Assembly: GCA_965112155.1 (NCBI GenBank)
Contig: OZ218099.1
DNA from: Podarcis liolepis
Taxonomy: Eukaryota
Strand: one strand, 5' to 3'
DNA: 64,000 bases
Both the position numbers and the translations under genes were made by a program. The notes beneath the pieces are model-generated. The model saw nothing but the letters and a program-made list of their open reading frames with translations, made no database searches and was not told the origin of the DNA. The stretch's first letter is position 1. Every line of letters begins with the position of its first letter. Below are positions 38,298-51,712 of the stretch, piece after piece.

Positions 38298-41263
38298 CTT
38301 TAGAGTATATTCACATGGCAGCTCAAAAGAAATCTCCAGTCCTTCCCGCAGAGCCATTTGCAATCTAGACACCCAAATGCCACCTGTTCACATGGCAGAT
38401 GGGTTATTGCCAAGCCGGATCATTCTGTGCAGACTGCATGGCTTAATTTTGGGTGACAGTGAATGAGTGTCCACAGAAAAGTTGGGTTTGTTGCCAAAAT
38501 GTGGGCCGATCCAACTTTAGGCAGTGGGTGTGGGGTTGCATACTAGATTCCAGATCTAATCTGATCTTCAGCAGCTCCATATTATGAAATCCTGGCCTAC
38601 CGAACTCTTACAGGAGCAGAACTCCTATAAAGAGAGGGTGGGGACTCCATGAAGCTCAAATACTGACCCAAGAATATAGGAACCTTCTGCATGGACCTAG
38701 AGTAAACATTAGGTTTCCTCCTTGCCACTCTCCATAGAGCAATCCTAATCATAAATCGTACGTTTGGTCGATCTCATGGTTGCATGCCTTGTTTCAGAAC
38801 AAGACAGAAGCTTCTGCCTTCTTATGCAAACATCTCTCCGGTTCTAATGTGCATGGAAAATAAGCAGAAGCATGGAAAAGACAAGAAGATTTCTGTCCCA
38901 ATATTAAATTCTGCCACTAGAACTGTGGCTGTAGAAAACGCCACATATAAACCAGGATTTATAGTCGCAACATGCAAGAAACCATTTGGCATCATATAAA
39001 TCTATAGTAGAGCAATGTGAATTATTTTTTAAACCTAGATCAAACCATCTTTGATGGTGTTAACACAATAGCTGAGGAGCTAGGCAGTGTTTTTCACGGT
39101 TGTGATTTCATTTGTTTTATAAAGCGTAGACATGCAACAGGAGTCCTACAAGAGTCACGGGATCCTGCGTTGCCCTTGTCTGTCACATGTCATAGCATAT
39201 GATGCCCTAGTAAAGTTTCCATCTGTCTAGGAAATTGTTTGGTAAAGAATGTAGAGTCTTTGAATGGGGTGAAAGATAAGGGTCTATCAGCCATTCATCA
39301 GCCTGTGCTAACTTCCTGCAAGGCAGCAGTACATTTATCCCACCAAGAGCTGAAGTCAGCCTGGGTTAGCTTTAGGCATACAACTGAACTAACTAGATTT
39401 GCAACAGCATCCCACCAGCTGATTGCTGCAAACCATTCCTGGCTGAAGTGTATGCAGTTAGTCCCTCAGATATCTTCTGGGCTTTGCCATGCAGTAGAAA
39501 GCCAAGGAAATAAAAGTTTGGTGGCCTCATTCCCATTCTAATGAACGCGTACAGCTCATTCCAAATGATTGATCCTGCTGGCCCAGCTCTGGCTATTTCC
39601 AGTCTATATATCTGAGATGAAAGTAGGCTGCTGTAACAGATTGCCCCACACAATTCCACCGGTAGACCTCTGGGGTGTGCTCTGCTGGTTAAGACTTCCC
39701 ATATATCTATCATCCAGTCCTTGCAAGTCCGTATGCCTAAAATCCTACAGTTACCACCAGTGTGCAATTTGCAAATCACTGGAATGCAGACGTAATTGGG
39801 GTTGGAAACAACTGCTGAAGGCACTTCAGTCTCATGGCCTCTTGTGGGTTCCTGCAATCGCAATGGCACACAAGAGATAACAAATAACTATTGAGTTAAT
39901 GGGGCAAGTGAAACAGGGAAAGAACTGGGTTGAAAAATGCAAGAACCCAGGCTTCTGAAGTCATCAATTCAACAGTTGGCCTGCACAGCTTCAGCCAGTG
40001 GAAGCTGGCCATGAGGGTGACTGAGCCATTGCCCCAACAACTTCAGCAGGTTGCCTGCCTTCTTACCAAGGGTTATAATGAGCAGATGGGCATGGTATAA
40101 ACTTATTATTAATTATTATTAATTATTATTATTAGTGAATAGCATATTAGTCCCAGAGGAGGATGCCCAGTCTCTCCATATTCTGCTAGCAAGATAGAAA
40201 AATCAAATAGATCATATTCCTATGCAGCCTGGTATACAAAATATCCACACAAGGATGCTTGGAGTTGTAGCTTATTGAAGAAGATCCAGCTGCAGCACAT
40301 GCCTATCAAACAAAGGTTCAACTTGAAACCTTAAAAACAAAAAAACCCCAACCTATAAATGGTTTGGTCTTTCTGTTTGAAAGAACAAGTGAGCAGATAT
40401 GCTAAATATTTATCAGCCATGCTACTGGCAAAACAGTTTTCTGCACTCGCAAAGCTAAATGTTATTGTAACTCATGTATGGGGATGGTATCATGAGGGAG
40501 GAGATAGATATATATACACACACAATCACAAAATGGTAGTTGCTATTATGCCAATGGTAAGAAAATGACCAATAGCAACTAATAGCCGTTTCTCAATCTG
40601 AGAGAGCTTTTGCTTTTATGACCTTGTCACAGGATGTTTGATACTAATGAGGCCTACAAGCTGAAAACCTGATGGCTTCCTCAAAGACTTATGATAATCT
40701 CGGCGTGGTGGATGATGAGCAAATAACAGTGCACACGTAATGAATTGTATGTATTTATGTCCTTGCTATGAAAGTTAAAGCTATAAACACTGACTGCACT
40801 AAGGGCAACGGTGTCTATTGCCATTGATTAATACACTGTAGTGGAGAACGATAGGGAGGTCAGCATGAAAAATAAACAAAGGCCCATTCCCTCTCGTCTC
40901 CACCTTCCAGCAATTCTGCCGCTTCTCAATCAGCTCTATGCGCCTAAGACAATTGCAAAAAAAGTGCCAATCTGCTTAATGCTACTATAGAAGGGATTGC
41001 AACACAAAATAAGCAAATGATCACTGCAATCTTGGGTGGAAAAACAAGATTTCCTCATTATTAATCCTTAAAACAATCTTGCTGCATCAGTCGCTATTAC
41101 AAACAGGATACCGGAATGCAAAGAAAATGACTTCCACAAGCCTAAGTCGAAGTGCACTTTTGCTCCCAAAACAGATTGGCTTCAACCTGAATTGAGAAAG
41201 GGAACAAGCTAGCTCCATTTTAAGCCAATAATGTGTGCCCAGCCCAAATAGTTCAGCAACACT

Positions 41264-41411
41264 CCCATTTGCCCTGCTGTTTTCCCCCGGGAAAACTCAT
41301 TCTTTACTGCTGAACCGGAGCAAATGTCAGCCAGGTTTTCCGCAAAATGACATTTGCTCTGATTCAGCAGTAAAGAGTGGGTTTTCCCAGGGAATGCAGT
41401 GGGCAAATGGG
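41264..41411. repeat. Long inverted repeat (palindromic MITE-like hairpin)
   Basis: Arm 41264-41329 is the near-exact reverse complement of arm 41348-41411, with an 18-nt spacer; opposite-strand ORFs both read PGKTHSLLLN.SKC. Confidence 0.88.
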
Positions 41412-41937
41412 GAACTGATTGGACCCATACCTAGAAAGCATGGGACCAGTGGAGAAAGCTCAGATTCTTACTTTCTAGACATGGACAAGCAGAATTGTGG
41501 AAGAGCCCCAAGTGGGGGGGTATTAGTCACCCACTTATGCAATATGCGGTTGGAATGCCTCCTTGACTGTATTCTTTACTTCAAAATCTCCTTGAGAATT
41601 TTAGCAGAGGGAGAAATTATACACACCAAGCACCTAACTACATATATTTTGATCCTGGGATGGTCACCCACTGTAATGAATGAGAGAACTAGTGAGATAC
41701 GATCCTCTCTGAATCCAAAATCTAAGTGAAGCACAGGAAAGGGTCTGCAAGGGGTGGTGATGTTCTGTATAGAGCCACACAAAACTTGTTTCCCTATGAG
41801 GAATATTCAAATTCATTATAATTGCTGATAGTATGCCCACACACATATTTATATCTGTAAACAGATTCAGAACAGTTCCCTTTCATGTGAACATTCAAAT
41901 GAGCAGACATCCCATGCAGAGGAGAGCAAGTGATATA

Positions 41938-42168
41938 CAGTGGTGCCTCGGGTTACATACGCTTCAGGTTACAGACTCCGCTAGCCCAGAAAGATTACCT
42001 CAGGTTAAGAACTTTGCTTCAGGATGAGAACAGAAATCGTGCTCCAGCGGCGCGGCAGCAGCAGGAGGCCCCATTAGCTAAAGTGGTGCTTCAGGTTAAG
42101 AACAGTTTCAGGTTAAGTACGGACCTCCAGAACGAATTACGGTAAGTACTTAACCCGAGGTACCACTG
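41938..42168 (-). mobile_element. Tc1/mariner MITE, copy 3 (inverted)
   Basis: CAGTGGTGCCTC...GAGGTACCACTG, TA TSD; reverse complement of copies 1 and 2. Confidence 0.9.
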
Positions 42169-43232
42169 TAGAGGGAAATGACAAAGGACAGTTATCAAAA
42201 TCCCGAAGCAATTATGCACAATGAAGAGTCTGCTCCAAATGCATCATATCAACAGGAATGCTGTTTTAAGCTGGCTTGAAACCCTTAGCCAATCTATAGG
42301 CATGTGAATTAGGCTTGCGATAAATGAAGCGAACAAGAAGCCTGACCATAAAAACAATCAAGTGAAGTACTATGGATAATAGAAGCTGGACACAAATCTC
42401 TGCAAACCTTTGGAAAGAGATTGCAACTCTTGAAATATTTATAAAAGACAGAGAACTAATCAGCCATTTAATGGGCAATCCTATAAAATGAGGAAGGGTA
42501 GAAGGCTGCTGCTATCTAGAGATAAATGGGTTTTATTTCCTCATAGCGTTTGTGAATTTTAAAAGGACACAGCAGGGTTTGGTTTTTAAAAAAAAATATT
42601 TGGGGAGGTATTTTAAGGAATAATCCTTTCCTTCAACTGGAATAGAATAAAGCTGAGGAATAAAGATAACCATTGAAACTGACAATAATATGTTATTTAT
42701 ATAGAAATGTTAACCACAAAGTAATATTAGGTTAGTGTTGTCTTAGAAGTTCATTCGGCAGGAAAAAGTGTAGCTGCCATACAATATTTTGAGCTCTCAA
42801 AAAAGGCCAGCAGCATGTATAATTTGGCCAATTTCACACATAGCCCTGGAAACCTGACTCGGTGTCTAGGAAGGTAACAGAGTCCAGGCGTATCCCAGAA
42901 TGCTGCTGAGCAATCCATGCGGCCCTCACCCTCATTGTATGTGGCCCCTTCCCCTCCCACTACTACTCACCTACTCACCCCTTTTTCAACGGGGGTGGGA
43001 TGAGAGGGAAGCGACTGGGGAAAGAAGAGCAGCAGGGGGGACAAACAAAAGAGGACGCCTTCACCCTGGTGCAACAAGACAACAACAGGACCACCGACAG
43101 CATATGAATCAAGATGGCTAAGCTGACCCAACAGCCCTTCCCCACTCTCACAAACAAAACTCACTACAGTCAACTATAGGCAACCAACCCCCATGATTTC
43201 TCTCACCGCCAACAAAAACCAATAAATGAATA

Positions 43233-43327
43233 GAATTCCCATCATCCCTGACCACTGGTCCTGTTAGCTAGGGATCCTGGGAGTTGTAGGCCAAAAACAT
43301 CTGGAGGGCCGAGGTTGAGGAAGCCTG
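43233..43327. mobile_element. Truncated hAT MITE (ctacaactccc / gggagttgtag family)
   Basis: gaattcccatcatccctgaccactgg...gggagttgtagg...catctggagggccgaggttgaggaagcctg. Older relatives at about 9399-9548, 22835-22960, 24455-24590 and 49255-49395. Confidence 0.7.
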
Positions 43328-43329
43328 GT

Positions 43330-43462
43330 CTATAACATGAGTGTCTTGCATTGAATATGAATGATCTGTAGAAAGAACTCTATGAACTGAAAGCAGAGAC
43401 GCTGTATGTACCTTTGTAACCCAAGAAAATCTTTAATAAAAACATTTTTTTTAAAAAAAAAA
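43330..43462 (+). mobile_element. Poly(A) retroelement (L1-like) 3' end
   Basis: tttgtaacccaagaaaatctttAATAAAaac followed by an A-run. Confidence 0.45.
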
Positions 43463-46400
43463 GGGGGGAAGGGAAGGGAATCTCTTGTACACAAATGAAT
43501 GCTGAATGAGATTTCAGTACGCACAAAGGAACAACTGAGCCTGAAATTTCACTTCCTGGCTTGAAACTCTTTGTTTTGCTTTATGAGCAGTGGTTGCTAC
43601 AGCTAGAGTTACAGGATACTGCCCAGCCTTGCACCCAAGCAACAACCACCAACCCTGCCGCAGCTACTCAACGCCATGACAGATACCCTAAGTTGGGCCA
43701 AAACTGGGAATAGGACTCAGTGGGGCTTCACTGGCAACTTGCTCTTTCACTTTGCAAGGCAGCATCAGCAGTTGTCACACAGCATTTGAGTTATGTGGCA
43801 TGGCAATCTGGTTGGCCACTGTGAAAACGGGACACTGGAGGACTAGACGGACCTTTGGCGTGATCCGGCAGGCCCTTTCCTTAGGCACTTATGTAATTCC
43901 CAAGTACACCTGGGGGTTGCTGGCAACCGACAGCATGCTCTGACAATGGAATATGGTTGTGTTTGTGTACATGGGCCCCAACATCTGCCTCGCCATATTA
44001 CAGAACAGTGCCTCAGGTTGTGGGAGTTGTGCTCACTGCATTCATCACAAAAGTCAAAGTCAGCCATTGGGCTTCCATCAGTAGAGTGGAGCAAGGCCAG
44101 CCCAAGACATTTTAACACCTGAGGCAAACCCAAAAATGGTGGCCTCCTTCCCACCAGGGAAGAAGAACTGAGTGAAGATCTACATCAGGAACAAGGGGGT
44201 AACAAAGATAGGCATTGGGATCCTCTGTCTTTGTGGATCCTGCAGCTTGAGGCAGCTGCCTCACCTGGCCTCATGGACTAGACACACACAAAAAGAAAAA
44301 CGAACAGCCAACTAGAACCACATTTTAGTTTTTAGCTGTTGCTTTCACACACCTGCAGTTGTGCATGATTTGAAGGGAATCTCATATAAATTTTAGCAGG
44401 GAAGAGGGAATCCAGTCTGAATTGACAAATGTGTAACCATTTCCTTAGCTGCTGGACAAAGAACAAACAAGTATTTTGTGTACTTTACCATGCAGGTGAA
44501 ATATAAGGAGAGGGGGGACCAGTCTACACAGTGATAAATCCTGAACGAGACACAACTACCTTCCTCACAATCCTGGCTGAGACAGAGGTGCCTGAGGTTT
44601 GCAATGGCTTCTTATGGCTGTCAAAAGCTCCTCTTACTATTGCTAGCAGCTGGAGCCTACTGAGTCTCCACTGCCATTGGGTATTACGGGAATTATTTTC
44701 AATGTTTCGTTATTGACAGCTGTTATGATTTACTTTTGAAAGTGCAGTTCAGAAGACAATACTTCTAAAACCACTGGCGTTACACTATAATTTGCGAAAT
44801 GACTTGAGAAGTGTGCCGTTTGAGGCTCCGCGGACACTCCCTGCAGATGGCACCTCTTAGCGTAAATTGATCCTCTCCCATTGTCCAGTGTTCATTCAAA
44901 GCACAAACATACAAAGAAAATAATAAGTTTCCACAAACATGGAATTAGAGTGCCTCAGACTCCTGGAAGGAGTGGGGGCTGGCCTGCCTGTGTGCTGACG
45001 AACGGCTTCTATCTGTGTACACTAAAATGCTCATTTTCTAGATTTTAACTCTGCCTGAGAAAGAGACAGACAGAAGCTAATATAGCTTTCTAAAGAGCTG
45101 TATTAGAGCTACCTTTCTGCTGCAGTGGCTGCTCAATATTCTTAACCGCCAGCATTGCCAAAGAGGAAGAAAGAACAAAACACGCTTCTCCACAATAAAC
45201 ACTCTTTATAATACCAATAAGGCCCACTCCAGGGAGTGTTGTTATCATGCAATAATCATTTCCCTTTGGGACGTGAGCGCATTTGATTGTGCTTTGTAAC
45301 ACTTGCAGGGCTGTGATTATATCGGAATCACTCCATCCCCTGCTGAGCCTTTTTGCCTAGGCATCCACATGCCCCAGTGGGCCGAAGCTCTTGGCACGTC
45401 TGCTGGGAACACGTGCATAAAAGAATGACAAGGGAGCAAACAGCTGTGTCGGACGTACAGCTAGCGACAGCTGCGTATTTTAAAGAGATTCATTTGCTTG
45501 CCACCGCGGCGAATTTGGTTCCAAAACTGTGCGACAGGACACACCAACGTGCTGTGTGCCATGAGAAATAAAACTAACAATTTGAAAGCTTGTTTGGACT
45601 AGGGTATTTACTCACCAAGGAGGCTACCCGTTGCATCTCTGTATGAGTTGATTGCCCTGGCCCTGGCTCCTTTTGAAGCAGCATCCATTTTCGATGTGGG
45701 AAATTTCTCCCCATCTCTGCAGCAAATAGGACTGAAGCATTCCATAGCTCCCAATATAAAGAGGTGATTAGATAGCCTACCTTTGGAAGTGGTTTTGCAC
45801 ATTAGTGTGAGTTGGACCCTCCTTACAATGAGAAGCAGTGTTTAAAACTGGGCTAGCTCCCTTCTTGTTGTCCTTCCTCCAGCTGGTGAAAACGTTTTTC
45901 TTCCGGGAACTGATTGCCTTTAAGGAAAGGGCTCATAATAGTGGGTGTAATTTGCAGGCATGGCCCCCTCTTCTGAGAGGCTGAAGACTGACAAAATTCA
46001 GCGGCTCTCCCGCAAGGGCAGACTTTACCATTTGGAGTTGGGTACAAAACAGGGACTGGGATAGAAAAAAAGAAAAGACAGGGGTGAGCAAAATGTCACC
46101 CCTCCAGCAATGATGCTGCTATCCCAATAGTTGGTGGTGGGGTGCCCTTCTGCTCTTATGACCCCTTGGATTTGGGAAAACAAAATGAAGAGCTCTTTAC
46201 TTATTTGAATAGGGGAAAACAAAGATCCATGTGAATAACCAAAGCAACTTTCAATCCTTCCCCCAAATCACTATGATTGGAGAGGTCTGGGAAAATACTT
46301 AGCTGTGACTAAAAATGAGACATGTCTGCCAAAATGAAAGATTCTTCCCTCCCTGCTGCACTCCATCTCAAGCTTTGGGCATATCCTCAGTCACATTGGT

Positions 46401-46500
46401 ATTGTTTCTAAGGGGGAAGAAAATTGCAGGAGTCCCCAATCCACCACTGTTGAGTTGCTTTGTCAATGGCATGTTCCAATTCAGAAGCATGAGATCCTTC

Positions 46501-46987
46501 CCCAGTTCAAGAAGGACACTGACAAACTGGAACATGTCCAGAGGAGGGCAACCAAAATGGTCAAAGGCCTGGAAACGATGCCTTATGAGGAACGGCTAAG
46601 GGAGCTGGGCATGTTTAGCCTGGAGAAGAGGAGGTTAAGGGGTGATATGATAGCCATGTTCAAATATATAAAAGGATGTCATATAGAGGAGGGAGAAAGG
46701 TTGTTTTCTGCTGCTCCAGAGAAGCGGACACGGAGCAATGGATCCAAACTACAAGAAAGAAGATTCCACCTAAACATTAGGAAGAACTTCCTGACAGTAA
46801 GAGCTGTTTGACAGTGGAATTTGCTGCCAAGGAGTGTGGTGGTGTCTCCTTCTTCTTTGGAGGTCTTTAAGCAGAGGCTTGACAACCATATGTCAGGAGT
46901 GCTCTGATGGTGTTTCCTGCTTGGCAGGGGGTTGGACTCGATGGCCCTTGTGGTCTATTCCAACTCTATGATTCTATGATTCTATGA
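46501..46987 (+). mobile_element. Relatively young 5'-truncated CR1 LINE
   Basis: [59 protein letters not shown]...[16 protein letters not shown]; premature TGA at 46809-46811; 3' UTR ending in (ATTCTATG)n. Confidence 0.95.
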
Positions 46988-47084
46988 AATCACTCACCAT
47001 TAGGTGTGCAGGCAGAGCCCATGCATATGCCTTTATACCAGCACATGTCACAGAAAGTAAAATCATCCTAAAAACTAATGCAGG

Positions 47085-47220
47085 TTTAAAAGCCTAGGAA
47101 AATGGAAAGGTCTTCACTTGGCACCAAAATGACAACAGTTGGGCCCCAAAGGAGCATCTTTGAGGAGGGCATTTGACAGCCGAGGCACCACCATTGAAAA
47201 GATCCATCCTTCCATAGCCA
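47085..47220 (-). mobile_element. Old L2 3' fragment
   Basis: aaaagcctagg...aggtcttcacttggcacc...gagggcatttgacag...ggcaccaccattgaaaag is the reverse of the L2 FSVVAP...LP region. Confidence 0.55.
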
Positions 47221-50200
47221 ACCATTACATGTGTTTGGCTAGCATCGTAGTTCCCAGATCTCCTTTTGAACCATGAATGTGGGAATCCTGCTTTTAAACA
47301 TCAGGTACTGCAAATGGTAGGATTCTAATACACCCATTAATAAAGATACAACCAATGCAGTCAACACAGAATTTTGATTGACTGATTGATTGATTGATTG
47401 AACCCTGCCCATATGACTAGGTTGTCCCAGTCACTCCAGGTGGTTTCCAACAAAAAGTCTTTGTTAACAGAATTGTAGGTTGCCAGGTTCAAGACTGCTT
47501 AGCATAGAAAAGTTAGCTGGGGACAAGGACCTGCAAAAAATGAATGGTCAATTTGCAGTATTTGCCATCTCTGAGTTAGAATAGCTACCTGTAGCACTTG
47601 ATAACCTGTGTTGCTTCACATACCTAAAGAAATGCATAGGTAGTCACGGGTTTCCTATTGGAAGAGCAAATCTCTCAGGATGGTGAACCAAGATATGCTT
47701 GCCTATGGAATATGAGATACATGTTTGTGGGTCATTGGCTGCAACAGTGTGATTAATAGGGGAAAGAAAGTCTGGCAAGGTACGGTTACTAAAAAAAAAA
47801 GGAAATGAAAATGGCACGGCATGAAATCAAACTAAAAAACAGCTATAAATATTTTAGGCACCTTAATAAAAGATTGGAGAATATTTATTTCTCACATAAA
47901 TCCTGTTGCAACATCCACAAAGGCGGGGAAAAGATGCTTATTTCTTTTGGCTTGACCCCTTATTTGTATAGAACACAAATTCATTACATGTGAAAATTCC
48001 CCCAGAAACACACTTTGCCCTAAAATTTGATTTGCCAATTTGCAGCCCCATCTCAGAACTCCCTCTTTGTGCATCCACACCTATCGTGACCTATCCAAAC
48101 ACTGCCCCTTATACTTTGGAACAAAATAACACACGTCCGGCAACTTCTCGCCTCTAGGTGGCTGTCCCCAGGTCTGTACCCTGCAGGGCAAAGGCCAAAC
48201 CACTCGGACTTGTACTTAGAAAGCAGGGGAGAAACAGAAAACTGCACAGACCTGCACTTTCTACACACAGGGAAAGCAGAAATGTAGACAAGCCCTAAGT
48301 TGGCCATCAGTATTGAGTCATGGCATAAGAGTGTTGAGATTTGGGCTCAAGGACCTGATCAGATGTTACAGAAATGGTGGTGCTTTCCTCAAAAAAAGGC
48401 CTTCTTCCAAACTATCTCCTCCCAGCAAACATCTCCATCCTCCTTCAAAATCCATCTCTATTGAGCAAGTGTTTTAACCTTCTGCCACTGTCTTAAAGGT
48501 ACTTCATTTTGGCAGCATCATGCCCAGTCTAGATGTTGGTCATGCCCTTATTTTAGCAATGAGGGGCAAGTCAAAGGCTGACACCCCCCCTACAATTTCA
48601 TCCTACTTACACCTTTTGCTGAATTCGGACGGCACATTTGCAGTATTGCCTTAAGCTGAAAGATTTGGCTCGAGAGAAGAAAAAGGGGAGCCTGGGAACT
48701 TTTGCCCTTCTGATTGCAGCAAATGCCATGGAAATTTAAAATTAATAGCAACCATTATAAAAAAGGGGGGAAGGGAAATAAAAGAAACATTTACGGCCTT
48801 AGAAACAGCTCGGTAACTCTGACATTTCCATATCAGTGTAACATCCTCCTGCTTTTAGCACCAGGAAAGCATAAAACATGTTCTTACTGCAAACACCATG
48901 AATTTTTCTGTCCTTTTAAACTTTAGCTTGGTAAGGTTGCATATACTATAAAAACAGAGGAAGAGAATGGAAGGACTTTTATTCTACATAAAGCAATTAC
49001 CACTGCTGTCAGCAGCAGCAAAATTTACTGCTGAAGGGAAAGGGTAAAGAGAAGGGAATCAGCAACGGAAACCAGAGAAAAGGAGGGCCAAGCTAAACAC
49101 TCAGTGGACCAAGTAAGCAATGTGACATTGTTCTAGGTTCCAGGGTCTAAATATCCTTAATTCATCTCAGTCCACTGGCGACGCCAAGACATTAATGGTT
49201 TTACACTCAGTCGTTTCATTTTGACTTCTTAGAGTATTTATTAGTTGTCCTAAATTGGGCACGGGGAACCTTCAACTCTCCAAATGTTGCTGAACTACGT
49301 CTCCCATGATCCTCAGCCATTGGCTATGGTTCCTGGGGCTGATGGGAGTTGTGGTTCAGCAAAATCTGGAAGGCCCAAAGTTCCTTACGCGTGTCCTAAG
49401 TCTAGGAAAGGAGTGGGGAACCTTTGCTCTGTTGAAGGCCACTCAAGAGTGCGTGGGGCCAGAGCCAAAGTTAGTGGAAACAAACAAGAAGTAGTCAAGG
49501 CATCCCCCCCTCTCTCTCTCGCCTTCTTCTTCAGCTGCTTCCCTCCCACCCAGCCCATTCTTACCCCTTTTTAATTAGGCCAAGAATTGCATATGACCCT
49601 CAGGCTATGATTTGACCACCCCTGTTCCAGGAGGTACCAGTAAGACTGTATCCACACAAGCACTCCTTATTTCAATCTTTCTTGATACTTTATCCATCCT
49701 CATTTGTTCTGACAATATCCTACATTTCCCTACATTTGTGCAAGGACCACATTGGCTACCCCCAGCTCTACAGAGCTAGCCAAACCTCTCTGCCAAACTA
49801 CCGTGAAGTTAATGGTAAATTCCAGAACCAGAAGAAGTGGGGACTTGCCATGCAAGACTCACTCAAAGCAAACGGAGATTTGCACCCTAGTGCAAGTTCT
49901 GCAAGCTTGCTGCATCTCAATATACAAAACCTGAGCTGTTTCACGTTGTTCCACTACAACAGCTGAAGTTATTATAAGAGTTCATCATTGACTGACATTA
50001 CAATTATATGATGGCCATTTCCAGGGAAAGAAAATCTAGAATTAGTCTCAGCGGATAGTGCAAGGACCCAGTGTGTTAAATCCACAGCAAATAATAGCCT
50101 ACTAATTAAGGCAACATCAGTATTTGCCCGGCAATCGCCTGTTCAGTACCCAACAAGCTTTAGTTAGAAAGTACCCTTTAGTTAGAAGAGGGATTACTGA

Positions 50201-50542
50201 GTAAGTAATCAGCACATGTCTCTCTACAGGAAGTCTATTACCGGTTCCAGTGGCAATTCCCGGATGGACTTGAGCTCTGCCAGATTAAGGAGCTTCTTTT
50301 AATTATGATCTCTGTGCTCTTCATGTAATGTTTTCCAAAGTTCTTTTGTCCCTGTTAGCAAAAGTGATTTGCTAATATTAGGACATTCCAAGATACCTTT
50401 TTGTTTTGGGATTTAAAAAAGCAAAATACTTTGGCAAACAGCCAGGTGTTGATGGAAAACGTTGGCAAAGCAGTAGAACTGAAAGTAGTTTTACCTGTGA
50501 AATGGCATGTGAAAAAACAACACCTTTTCTGTTTCGAGTTTG

Positions 50543-50543
<1 letters not shown>

Positions 50544-50590
<47 letters not shown>
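50544..50590. repeat. (CA)n microsatellite
   Basis: Direct reading. Confidence 0.95.
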
Positions 50591-50592
<2 letters not shown>

Positions 50593-51344
50593 GTCTATCA
50601 CTCATTCTGGATAATGACCAGTTCTTTCCATAGTCACTTGTATAATTTTGTTTGTTTGTTTGTTTCAGACACCAAACCAAAATAAAATGAAAATAAGGGA
50701 ACATTCAAGTTGTCTGTTCTGAACATTAGTATTTAAAGTGCTGACCCAAGCTACTACAAAAATGGAACATTAGTTGTGGGGTGTACGTTGATTTAGTTTA
50801 CTTCTTCTGCAATGGTTTGTAACCAAAGAAAAAGCAAGTTGCAATACAACACTGGAAGAAAGAGTCATTCAGTTGTCTAGCCAAGGAGACAACTTCTCCC
50901 TATCTCCCAGAACAAATAACACAAAAAATGGCCAATCCGGCTGTGCCTTTAGGATAGATGTTTTCCACCAGGTTTTTTGATTGAAACCTGTGAGTTCTAT
51001 GTAGCTTCCCTTTTCTTTTCTCTTTTAGTTCACTTTCTGGACCACTTGTTTGAGAAGATCACATTGTGTGTGAGAGGACAAATATTTCAAAGTTTTGTGG
51101 ATCAGATAAGTTGGGTTTCTCCTGTTCTGGAACAACACTCCCCCTCCCAATATATATTACTATGAAGCATTATGAACTCATGGTACTTGATTCAAAAATG
51201 AAGCAACCCAGATGAAGCAATGCCCCTCTAAAGGAAGGTTGCAACATTTGGGGATTTTTAGCTCAGGGGTGAGAAAGGTGAATAAGGAGGGTGATATGAC
51301 AGAGACATGTAAGACGTTGCATGGCGTGGTGAAAGTGAACAGGG

Positions 51345-51560
51345 CCGTGGTTCCCAACGCCCCACAGGGGGGCATTTTGATTTTTAAGGGGGGGCAATTT
51401 GAGAATGAGTTATTAACAGTTAATGGCCTTTTAGGCTTCCTCCATGTGAATAGGAGTCCACATTTTGAATAGTAAGAATGATATGTCACAGGGGGGTGGG
51501 CACCAGGATTTTAGAGATGCTTAGGTGGGACATGGCCAAAAAAAAGATTGGGAACCACTG
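51345..51560. mobile_element. hAT MITE nested in CR1
   Basis: TIRs CCGTGGTTCCCAA...TTGGGAACCACTG; degenerate 8-bp TSD gaacaggg / caataggg. Confidence 0.75.
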
Positions 51561-51712
51561 CAATAGGGGGGGGTGCTTTTCTACATCTCACATCATGTTG
51601 GAAGATTCAGGACAAGCAGAAGAAAGTACTTCTTCACACAGCGCTCAGTCAAGCTATGGTATTTGTGCCCTCAAATAGCTGTGATGGCCACAAACCTGGA
51701 TCTCTGGATGAT

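Noticed and set aside
46455-46811. 118-aa ORF as a host gene
   Set aside because: It is the C-terminus of CR1 ORF2, 5'-truncated with a premature stop.
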